NCBI GenBank assembly: GCA_963771355.1
Contig: CAVYTA010000004.1
Span: forward strand, 192,001-256,000
Length of the DNA stretch: 64,000 nt
Source: an uncultured Candidatus Rokubacteria bacterium
GTDB taxonomy: Bacteria > Methylomirabilota > Methylomirabilia > Rokubacteriales > CSP1-6
Reading direction: 5' to 3'
The position numbers and the translations under genes were made by a program. Of this stretch, positions 19,113-28,200 are shown in pieces. The notes beneath the pieces were generated by a model, which saw nothing but the letters and a program-made list of their open reading frames with translations, made no database searches and was not told the DNA's origin. Numbering within the stretch: position 1 is the first letter of the stretch; every line of letters starts with the position of its first letter.

Positions 19113-21014
19113 ATGCGCAGTGTCTACGACGAGGTGTACGCCCGCTCGCGGCGAGACCCGGAGGGCTTCTGGGGCGCGGCGGCCGAGGATCTTCACTGGG
19201 ACCGGCGCTGGGACCGGGTCTTCGACGATTCCCGCCCGCCGTACTACCGCTGGTTCACGGGCGGCATGCTCAACACCTGCTACAACGCGCTCGACCTCCA
19301 CGTGGACCGCGGCCGGGGCAAGCAGGCCGCGCTGATCTACGATAGCCCGGTCACCGGCACGGTGAAGGCCTTCACCTATGCGGCGCTCCGTGATGAAGTG
19401 GCGCGCTTCGCCGGCGCCTTGCGCCAGGGGGGCGTGGACAAGGGCGACCGCGTCATCATCTACATGCCCATGGTGCCGGAGGCGGTGATCGCCATGCTCG
19501 CCTGCGCGCGCATCGGCGCCATTCACTCCGTGGTCTTCGGCGGCTTCGCGTCCAAGGAGCTGGCCACCCGCATCGACGACGCCAAGCCCACCGTGATGCT
19601 CTCCGCCTCCTGCGGCATCGAGGGCAACCGCGTCATCCCCTACAAGCCCCTGCTCGACGCCGCCCTCGAGATGGCGAGCTTCAAGCCCCGGCGCTGCGTC
19701 ATCCTCCAGCGCCCACAAGAAACGTGCGCGCTCGTTCCCGGCCGCGACGTGGACTGGGCAGAGGCGGTGGCGGGCGCCTCGCCGGTGGACTGCGTGCCGG
19801 TGGCGGCGACCGACCCGCTCTACATCCTCTATACGTCGGGCACCACGGGCATCCCCAAGGGCGTGGTGCGCGACAACGGCGGCCATGCCGTGGCGCTCAA
19901 GTGGAGCATGGGGAATGTCTACGGGATGGGCGCGGGTGAGACCTACTGGGCCGCGTCCGACATCGGCTGGGTGGTCGGCCACTCCTATATCGTCTACGCG
20001 CCGCTCCTCCGCGGCTGCACGACCATTCTCTACGAGGGCAAGCCGGTGGGGACGCCGGATCCCGGCGCCTTCTGGCGCGTGGCCTCCCAGCACGGGGTGA
20101 GCGCGCTCTTCACCGCGCCCACCGCGTTTCGCGCCATCAAGAAGGAAGATCCGCAGGGGGCCTACATCGGGAAGTACGATCTCTCGCGCTTCCGCACCCT
20201 CTTCCTCGCGGGCGAGCGCTGCGACCCGGACACGCTGCTCTGGGCGCGCGAGCGCCTCCAGGTGCCGGTGATCGACCACTGGTGGCAGACGGAGACGGGC
20301 TGGCCCATGGCCGCCAACTGCGTGGGCCTCGGCATGCTGCCGGTGAAGCCGGGCTCGCCCACCAAGGCGGTGCCGGGCTATGACGTGCGCGTGCTCTCCG
20401 AGGACAACCAGGAGATGCCGGCGGGCCAGATCGGCAGCATCGCGGTGCGCCTGCCGTTGCCGCCGGGCTCGCTGCCCACCCTCTGGAACAACGACGCGGG
20501 GTTCGAGGCGTCCTACCTCGCGCGGCATCCCGGCCATTACCTCACCGGCGACGCGGGCTACCAGGACGCCGACGGCTACCTCTACATCATGAGCCGGGTG
20601 GACGACATCATCAACGTGGCGGGGCACCGGCTCTCCACCGGCGCCATGGAGGAAGTGCTCTCCGCGCATCCGGACATCGCGGAGTGCGCGGTGGTGGGCG
20701 TGGCCGATGAGATCAAGGGTGAGATCCCGGTGGGCTTCGCCGTCACCAAGGCGGGCGTCACGCGCGCCGAGGCCGAGATCACCCGGGAGCTGGTCGAGAT
20801 GGTGCGCGAGCGCATCGGCCCCGTCGCCTCCTTCAAGGTGGTGACGCTGGTCAAGCGCCTGCCCAAGACGCGCTCGGGCAAGATCCTCCGCGGGACCGTG
20901 AAGCGCATCGCCGACGGCGTGGACTACACCGTGCCCGCGACCATCGACGATCCGGTGATCCTGGACGAGATCACGGGGTACCTGAAGGCGCTCGGCTATC
21001 CGAAGAAGGGGTAG
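19113..21014 (+). CDS. prpE: Propionyl-CoA synthetase (acetate/propionate-CoA ligase family)
   Basis: YTSGTTG.PKGV, DHWWQTETG, LPKTRSGKILR. Confidence 0.85.
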   Translation: MRSVYDEVYARSRRDPEGFWGAAAEDLHWDRRWDRVFDDSRPPYYRWFTGGMLNTCYNALDLHVDRGRGKQAALIYDSPVTGTVKAFTYAALRDEVARFAGALRQGGVDKGDRVIIYMPMVPEAVIAMLACARIGAIHSVVFGGFASKELATRIDDAKPTVMLSASCGIEGNRVIPYKPLLDAALEMASFKPRRCVILQRPQETCALVPGRDVDWAEAVAGASPVDCVPVAATDPLYILYTSGTTGIPKGVVRDNGGHAVALKWSMGNVYGMGAGETYWAASDIGWVVGHSYIVYAPLLRGCTTILYEGKPVGTPDPGAFWRVASQHGVSALFTAPTAFRAIKKEDPQGAYIGKYDLSRFRTLFLAGERCDPDTLLWARERLQVPVIDHWWQTETGWPMAANCVGLGMLPVKPGSPTKAVPGYDVRVLSEDNQEMPAGQIGSIAVRLPLPPGSLPTLWNNDAGFEASYLARHPGHYLTGDAGYQDADGYLYIMSRVDDIINVAGHRLSTGAMEEVLSAHPDIAECAVVGVADEIKGEIPVGFAVTKAGVTRAEAEITRELVEMVRERIGPVASFKVVTLVKRLPKTRSGKILRGTVKRIADGVDYTVPATIDDPVILDEITGYLKALGYPKKG

Positions 21015-21019
21015 CCGCC

Positions 21020-22306
21020 GTGCGTGAGCTCGCCCTCGGGATCCTCGTGGCCGCGTGCGTCGGTTGCGCAGGGCCGTCGGGCCCACCCACGAACGGCGCG
21101 GTGGTGAGCGCCTCGTCCTCCGCCGGGTCGTCAGCCACCCCCGGACCTCGGTTCGCCGCGGACGGCCCGGACGCCGAGGAGTACGGCGCGCGCGAGGGCT
21201 ATCCGGTCAGGATCATCTCGCGCGCCCCGTTCCTTGTCGGCGCCTTCAGTCACTACGACCAGCTCTTCGAAGGCCGGATTGTCCGCCGGGCCGCCACGCC
21301 GTCGCGCCTCCACCGGGCCTCCGCCGAGCCGCCCCTGCGCTACGAGTACGGGGTCAAGACCCTCACGCTCGACGACTACCTGGCGCACAATCCCATCACC
21401 GGACTTCTCATCGCGCGCGGTGACACGATCCTGGTCGAGCGCTACCAGTACGCCCGGAGCGACCGGCACCGCTTCACCTCGTTCTCGATGGCCAAGACGG
21501 TCACGGCGATGCTGATCGGCGTCGCGATCGCCGAGGGTCGCATCCGTTCGGTGGACGATCCGGCCGCGGCGTACGTGCCCGCGCTCGCCGACACCGAGTA
21601 CGGCCGCACGTCGCTCCGCCACCTGCTGCAGATGTCCTCGGGCGTCCGGTTCTCCGAGCGATACTCGGGCCGGGACGATGTGGCGCGGCTCTTCGTCGAG
21701 ACGGTTCTCCAGGACGGCGCGGGCGGGGTCGAGGCGGTGAAGCCGTACAACGAGCGGGGCTGGCCGAGCGGCACCATCTTCTCCTACGCCTCCGTGGAGA
21801 CCCAGGTGCTCGGTCTGGTCCTTCGCGGCGCGATCCAGCGGCCGGTGGTCGACTATCTCCACGAGAAGATCTGGGAGCCAATGGGGGCGGAGGCGGACGC
21901 GACCTGGCTCGTCGACCGCACCGGCCAGGAAGTGACCTTCTGCTGTCTCAACGCGGTGCTGCGCGACTACGCGCGGCTCGGCTTGCTGCTCGCGCACGAT
22001 GGGAACTGGCGTGGACGCCAGCTCATTCCCGCCGCGTGGATCAACGAGGCCACCCGGGTGCGCGACGATCAGCCGCATCTCCGGCCGGGAACCGCCCGTG
22101 GGTACCTGGGCTATGGCTATCAGGTATGGCTACTTCCGGGAGAGCGGCGGATGTTCGTCCTTCTGGGCGTTCACGGCCAGGCGATCTTCGTCGATCCGAC
22201 GAGTCGCCTCGTCATGGTGCAGACTGCCGTGTACAAAGAGCCCGGGGACCCCATCAGGGAGGCGTATGCGCTGTGGCGAGGCGTGGTGACGAGGCGTCGT
22301 GACTGA
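21020..22306 (+). CDS. Serine hydrolase (class C beta-lactamase-like), probable lipoprotein
   Basis: SxxK (SMAK), F.Y.S, RD.AR.G; N-terminal signal ending in Cys. Confidence 0.85.
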   Translation: MRELALGILVAACVGCAGPSGPPTNGAVVSASSSAGSSATPGPRFAADGPDAEEYGAREGYPVRIISRAPFLVGAFSHYDQLFEGRIVRRAATPSRLHRASAEPPLRYEYGVKTLTLDDYLAHNPITGLLIARGDTILVERYQYARSDRHRFTSFSMAKTVTAMLIGVAIAEGRIRSVDDPAAAYVPALADTEYGRTSLRHLLQMSSGVRFSERYSGRDDVARLFVETVLQDGAGGVEAVKPYNERGWPSGTIFSYASVETQVLGLVLRGAIQRPVVDYLHEKIWEPMGAEADATWLVDRTGQEVTFCCLNAVLRDYARLGLLLAHDGNWRGRQLIPAAWINEATRVRDDQPHLRPGTARGYLGYGYQVWLLPGERRMFVLLGVHGQAIFVDPTSRLVMVQTAVYKEPGDPIREAYALWRGVVTRRRD

Positions 22307-22323
22307 GCTCGAGAGCTGATCGC

Positions 22324-23460
22324 ATGTACGACGTCATCGTGGCGGGAGGCGGGGTGGTGGGCGCGACCGCGGCGTATCTCTGCGCCCGCGGGGGGCTCCG
22401 CACGCTTCTCCTGGATCGCGCGGACCCCGGACGCGCCACCGACGCGGGCGCGGGCATCATCGCGCCACGAACTAGCAGCCGCAGCGAGGTCCTGTTCGAG
22501 CTCGGGGTCCGTTCCGGCGAGTTCTACTCGACCCTCCTCGGCCATCTCGCGGAGGATGGCGGCGGCGACACGGGCTATGCGCGGTGCGGCGACCTGCGCG
22601 TCGCCGTGACGGAAGACGAGCTCGAGCCGTTCGGGGCGCTCGTCGCCATCCTGGAGGAGCGGCGCGCGCGGCATGGCTACCCCACGGCCGATGAGGTGCG
22701 CGAGATCAAACCGGACGAGGCGCGAGCGTTCTTCCCGCCGCTGGCCCGCCCGCTCCGGGCGCTCCACGACCGGACGGCGGCGCGTGTGGACGGGCGGCTG
22801 CTCAACCAGGCGCTCCTCAAAGCCGCCGCCGGCCGCAACGTCACGGTGGTCCGGGCGGGGGTGGACCGTCTCGTCCTCGAGGGCGGCCGGTTCGCCGGCG
22901 TGGTCGCGGGCGCCGACGTTCATCGTGCCGGGCACGTCATCATCGCCGGCGGCGCGTGGACGCCGGCCCTGGCCGGGCCGCTCGGCGTCTCGATCGCCGT
23001 AACGCCTCAGCGCGGGCAGATCATCCATCTCCAGGTTGCCGAGGGCGCCACCGGCGACTGGCCGATCGTGCACGCCTTCCACGATCACTACATCGTGTCG
23101 TGGAGCGGCGGACGGGTCGTGGCCGGCGCCACGCGAGAGACCGGCTCGGGCTTTGACCCGCGCATCACCGCCGCCGGCGTCCATGAAGTGCTCGGCGAGG
23201 CGCTGCGCGTGGCGCCGGGCCTTGCGAGTGCGGGCATGCTCGAGACGCGCGTGGGCTTGCGGCCGCTGTCGGCGGACGGCCTGCCCGTGCTTGGCCCCAT
23301 CCCCGGCGTGGCCGGCGCGTACGTCGCCACCGGCCACGGCCCATCCGGCCTCACGCTCGGGCCCTACAGCGCCGCGCTCGTCTGCGATCTGGTGCGGGGC
23401 CGTGCCCCCACGCTGGACCTGGCGCCGTTCCGCGCCGACCGCTTTTCCGGCGCCCGCTAG
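22324..23460 (+). CDS. FAD-dependent oxidoreductase (D-amino acid dehydrogenase/glycine oxidase family)
   Basis: GGGVVG, GLRP...DGLP..G, TGHG..GL. Confidence 0.88.
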   Translation: MYDVIVAGGGVVGATAAYLCARGGLRTLLLDRADPGRATDAGAGIIAPRTSSRSEVLFELGVRSGEFYSTLLGHLAEDGGGDTGYARCGDLRVAVTEDELEPFGALVAILEERRARHGYPTADEVREIKPDEARAFFPPLARPLRALHDRTAARVDGRLLNQALLKAAAGRNVTVVRAGVDRLVLEGGRFAGVVAGADVHRAGHVIIAGGAWTPALAGPLGVSIAVTPQRGQIIHLQVAEGATGDWPIVHAFHDHYIVSWSGGRVVAGATRETGSGFDPRITAAGVHEVLGEALRVAPGLASAGMLETRVGLRPLSADGLPVLGPIPGVAGAYVATGHGPSGLTLGPYSAALVCDLVRGRAPTLDLAPFRADRFSGAR

Positions 23461-23610
23461 TCGGCTCCACCCTCGGGCTCAACGGGCAGGGAGACCCCCA
23501 CGAATTTCCCAGGTTCGGACCCGGCCGTGGTATTTTCCTGTGATCTCCAGGGACGAAAGCATCATGAGAATACCGCGTACCTATTTGATATCTGGTGTGA
23601 CCTCCCGCTG

Positions 23611-25251
23611 ATGAGCACCGGCCAGGGAGCAACGGTTTTTGCCCTGCTTCTGGCCACGATGCCATTCCTGGCTGCGTCCGCCTCCGCCCGGGCCCCGCTG
23701 GCCCCGGCTCCCAGCCCCGCCCCGGGTGTCGTGCGCGTCTCGGCCTTCCGTATCACCGGCAGCACGATATTGCAGTGGGACGAGCTCCCGGCTCTGGTCT
23801 CGGACGGAGTAGGCCGTGAGCTGACGCTCGCCCAGATCGAAGCGCTCGCCGCGCGCGTCACCGCATGGTATCGGGCGCGCGGGTATCTTCTGGCCCGTGC
23901 CTATGTGCCGGTGCAGGACCTCGCGGACGGGGTGGTCGAGATCACGGTGTCCGAGGGCCAGATCGGCGCCGTGGAGGTCAGGGGGTCGCGTCGTTACGAC
24001 CCCGGATTCCTTCGGGCTCACGTGCTGCTCGATCGCGAGCGGCCGCCGTTCCAGGCGGATGACTTCGAGCGCAGCCTACTCCTGCTCAACGACCTCCCGG
24101 GTCTCGAGGTGAAGAGCACCTTGAGGCCGGGGGCCATCCCCGGCACGACCGACGTGGTCCTCGATGTGGAGAAGGAGTTTCTCCTCACCGGAGATCTCGA
24201 AGCCAACAACTACGGCTCGCGGGAGACGGGCTACGAGCGCTTCGCCCTCGGGCTGAACCTCAATAACCCGTTCGGCTGGAACGACACCTTCGGGATCCGC
24301 GGGCTCGTCTCCCGCGAGATCGATGCCCTCTGGTTCGCCCGCGGGACCTACAGCGTGGCGCTCGGTCATTGGGGCACGCGACTCTCCCTCGCCTACACCC
24401 ACATCAATGCGGCGGCCGACGTGCGGGAGGTCATCGGGCCCATCGACGTCACCGGCAGCGGCGACATCGGGAGCGTGGCCCTCATCCACCCGATCTGGAG
24501 GAGCCGCGCGTGGAGCCTCTACGTCTATGGCGGCTTCGACATCTCGAATCTCGAGAACACGAGTGAGGCGGCAGGCGAAGGGGTGAGCACGCGCGATCGC
24601 CTTCGCGTGCTGAGCGCGGGGGCCACGGTCAACACCGTGGACAGCTGGCAGGGCGCCTCCGCGCTGTCGCTCACCCTGTATCAGGGGCTCGGGGGTTTCC
24701 TCGGAGGGCTCGACAACGACAACGATCCCGAGGCCAGCCGCCCTGGGGCGGGCGGGAGCTTCTTCAAGTTCGTCGGCCAGGTGTCCCGGCTCCAGCGAGT
24801 GTGGGGACCGGTCTCGGTCTACGCCAAGGCCGCCGGACAGCTGGCGAACACCGACCTCGTCGCCGCCGAGCAGTTCTTCATCGGGGGTGTTGGCACGGTG
24901 CGCGGGTACGCACTCGCCCAGTTCGCGGGGGACAGCGGCTACGCGGTCACGGGCGAGGTTCACCTCGTCGCGCCGGGCTTTTCCGACGTCCCGGCGTTCC
25001 TCGGCAAGAACTGGGGGGAGATCCTCCGGCTCTATGCCTTCGTCGACCACGGCGGCGCCTGGCTCCGGCAACCAGGGCCGGACGAGCGGCGGAGTCAATT
25101 CCTTACGAGCGTCGGCGCGGGGGCGAGCGCCAGCGTCGCCCAGAACTTCCTGGTCAATGTCGAATACGCACGACCGGTGGGTCCGCGATCCTCCGATGGT
25201 CGGGACAATGTCGTCTACTTCCGAGCCGTCAAGTTCTTCAATTTTTTCTAG
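23611..25251 (+). CDS. TpsB (ShlB/FhaC/HecB) two-partner secretion outer-membrane transporter
   Basis: POTRA motif Y...GY.LARAY.P.Q....G.V.I.V.EG, NNYG...TG, GG..TVRGY, C-terminal Phe. Confidence 0.92.
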   Translation: MSTGQGATVFALLLATMPFLAASASARAPLAPAPSPAPGVVRVSAFRITGSTILQWDELPALVSDGVGRELTLAQIEALAARVTAWYRARGYLLARAYVPVQDLADGVVEITVSEGQIGAVEVRGSRRYDPGFLRAHVLLDRERPPFQADDFERSLLLLNDLPGLEVKSTLRPGAIPGTTDVVLDVEKEFLLTGDLEANNYGSRETGYERFALGLNLNNPFGWNDTFGIRGLVSREIDALWFARGTYSVALGHWGTRLSLAYTHINAAADVREVIGPIDVTGSGDIGSVALIHPIWRSRAWSLYVYGGFDISNLENTSEAAGEGVSTRDRLRVLSAGATVNTVDSWQGASALSLTLYQGLGGFLGGLDNDNDPEASRPGAGGSFFKFVGQVSRLQRVWGPVSVYAKAAGQLANTDLVAAEQFFIGGVGTVRGYALAQFAGDSGYAVTGEVHLVAPGFSDVPAFLGKNWGEILRLYAFVDHGGAWLRQPGPDERRSQFLTSVGAGASASVAQNFLVNVEYARPVGPRSSDGRDNVVYFRAVKFFNFF

Positions 25252-25272
25252 GGTAGGATCACGAACGCCCTC

Positions 25273-28200
25273 ATGCGTCGACCTCGAGTATCGAGCCGGA
25301 CCACCTTCACCGGATTCCTGCCCCCACCGGTCCGGCGGGGGCTCGCGAGCCTTCTCGCCGTTCTCTTCGCCACGGGACCCGCGTGGGGCCTGCCGCATGG
25401 CGCGGTGGTGGTGTCCGGGAATGCAACAGTCTCTCGGACGGGCCCGAGTACGCTCCAGGTCGTCCAGGTCGGCGGCCCCGTGGTCATCCAGTGGAGCAGT
25501 TTCAGCATTGGCGCCGGCGAGCTCGTCCGTTTCCTCCAGCCGGGGCAAGCGTCGCTCGCCGTGAACCGCGTTGCGGCGGGAAACGCGTCGGTCGTCATGG
25601 GTCAGCTCCTCGCCAATGGGCGCATCGTGCTCATCAACCCCGCGGGGATCACCGTGGGAGCGGGCGGGCTCATCAAGGTGGCGGGGCTGGTCGCGACGAC
25701 GCTTGAGCTCCGGGATGCGGACCTCCGAACCGGGCGCCTCCTCTTCGAGCAGGGGCCGGGCCAGCTGGCGACGATCCTGAACCAGGGCACGATCACCGTG
25801 GTCCCGGGCGGTGTCGTCGCGCTGGTGGCGCCCGGGGTCATCAACCGGGGCACGATCACCGCTGAGCTGGGCAGCGTCCATCTTGCTTCGGGCCGACAGC
25901 TCATCGTGGACTTCGCGGGCGACGGCCTCGTCCGCTTCGCCGTCGACGGGGCGCTGGTGGGCGCCCCCGCGAGCACAGAGGCGCGCACGGAGTTCCCAGG
26001 AGTCCGGAACGAGGGGCGCATCCGAGCCGATGGCGGCCTGGTGGAGCTCACGGCAAAGACCGCGGGTGACGTGCTGAACGGTGTCGTGAACAACAGCGGC
26101 ATCGTCGAGGCCCGCTCGCTCGTGAACCGAGGAGGCGTGGTACGACTGATCGGCGGTGACGATGCCGCCGCGACGGCGACCGCGAGCGGCGCCATCCGAC
26201 CCGCGGGCGTGGTGCGCGGCATCGTCAGCAATACGGGAACCATCGACGTCTCCGCCAGGGAGGCGGGCGCGGCGCCGGGCCAGGTGCTGCTGGTGGGCGA
26301 GCGCGTCGGCCACGTGGGGACGATCGACGCCCGCGGCGCGGATGGCGGCCGCGGCGGCGAGGTGGGGATCGCCACCACCGAGCGGAGCGTCCTGTTGCCC
26401 GGGAGTGCCATCGACGTGAGTGGCGTCGGACACGCGAGCGCGGGGCGGGTCACCGTCTGGTCCGATCAGGAGACCACCGCCGCCACCGGCGCCACGATCC
26501 TGGCGCGTGGCGGGGAGCAGGGAGGCCACGGCGGCTTCGTAGAGGTATCCGGGGGCGTGGGCCTGAGCTTCGACGCGGCGGTGGACGCCCGGGCGCCGGC
26601 CGGCGCGACCGGCACGCTCCTCCTGGACCCGCGGAACATCACCGTCCGGACCACGGGCGGTGTCGCCTACAATCCCGGCGTCAACAACCTCTTCGGCAAC
26701 AACCTCGGCGCCACCACCGTGATCACGCCCGCGAGCATCAACGCGGCGGCGGCGAACGTGATCCTCCAGGCCAACTCCGACATTACCGTCACCGATCCGA
26801 TCGCGATGGCGAACGCGGCGGTCGGCTTGACCATGCAGGCCGGGCGCAGCATCATGGTCAATGCCAACGTAGCCACGAACAACGGGCCCATCTCGCTGAC
26901 CGCGAACTCCCCCGGCGCCACCCTCGCCGACCGTGCCGCGGGCGCGGGCGGCATCACCATGGCCGTCGGCACCGCCATCAACGCCGGGAGTCAGCCGATC
27001 AGCCTGAGCGTCGGCGGTCTCGCGGGGGGCACTCCAGGTGACATCGCTGCCCGCGGGTTGACGAGCAGCGCTGGCGGTATCCTCCTGAGCACGCCGAATA
27101 ATCTCGCGCTGAGCGGCGTGGTCAATGCCGGGTCCGGCCCGGTGACGATCCAGACGAATACGGACGGAGCGGGCGCCCAGAACTTCCTGATGAATGCGGG
27201 GAGCTCGATTGCCACGACGAGCACGGCGGCGAATGCGGTGACGATCAATGTCAACGCCGCCGCCGGGGGCACCGGGACCGCGACGGTCCGGGACATCAGC
27301 ACGGGGGCGGGGGGCGGGATCACGGTGCGGACCGATACGGGCGGGAATCTCACCGGGGGGGCGATCACACAGTCTTCCGGCACGCTCCAGTCCGGCGGCC
27401 TCCTGCTGAGCTCCCCGAACGCTGTCACCCTGAGCGGCGTGGTCAATGCCGGGGCAGGGCCGGTGACGATCCAGACGAATACCGACGGGATAGGCGCCCA
27501 GAGCTTCCTGATGAACGTGGGGAGCTCGATTGCCACGACGAGCACGGCGAATGCGGTGGCGATCAATGTCAACGCCGCCGCCGGGGGCACGGGCACCGCG
27601 ACGGTCCGGGATATCAGCACGGGGACGGGCGGGATCATCACGGTAGTGACGAACACCGGCGGGAACACCACGGGTGGGACGATCACGCAGGTGGCGGGGA
27701 CGACGCTCGCCGGCGGGGCTGCGCTGAGCTCGGCGAACGCGGTCACGCTGAACGGGGCGATCAATGCCGGCCCGGCGGCCGTCGCCATCCAGGCCAACAC
27801 GGACGGGGCGGGTGCTGAGAGCTTCACGATGGCCACCGGCAGCTCGATCACGACGACCAATACCGGGGCCGGCGCGGTGGCGATCAACGTCAACGCCGCC
27901 GCCGGGGGCACGGGCACGGCGACGGTCCGGGATATCAGCACGGGGGCGGGGGGCGGGATCACGGTGCGGACCGATACGGGCGGGAATCTCACCGGGGGCG
28001 CGATCACGCAGTCGTCCGGCACGCTCCAGTCCGGTGGCCTCCTGCTGAGATCGCCGAACGCCGTCACCCTGAGCGGCGTGGTGAATGCCGGCGCGGGGCC
28101 GGTCACCATCGCGGCGAATACCGATGGCGTCGGCAACCAGACCTTTACCATGGGGGCGGCGAGCACCATCACCACCACCAACGCGTCGGCGGGCGCCGTG

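Noticed and set aside
21020..22306. Clinical-type beta-lactamase
   Set aside because: It is a generic SxxK serine hydrolase of the esterase/amidase type, with no evidence of resistance function.
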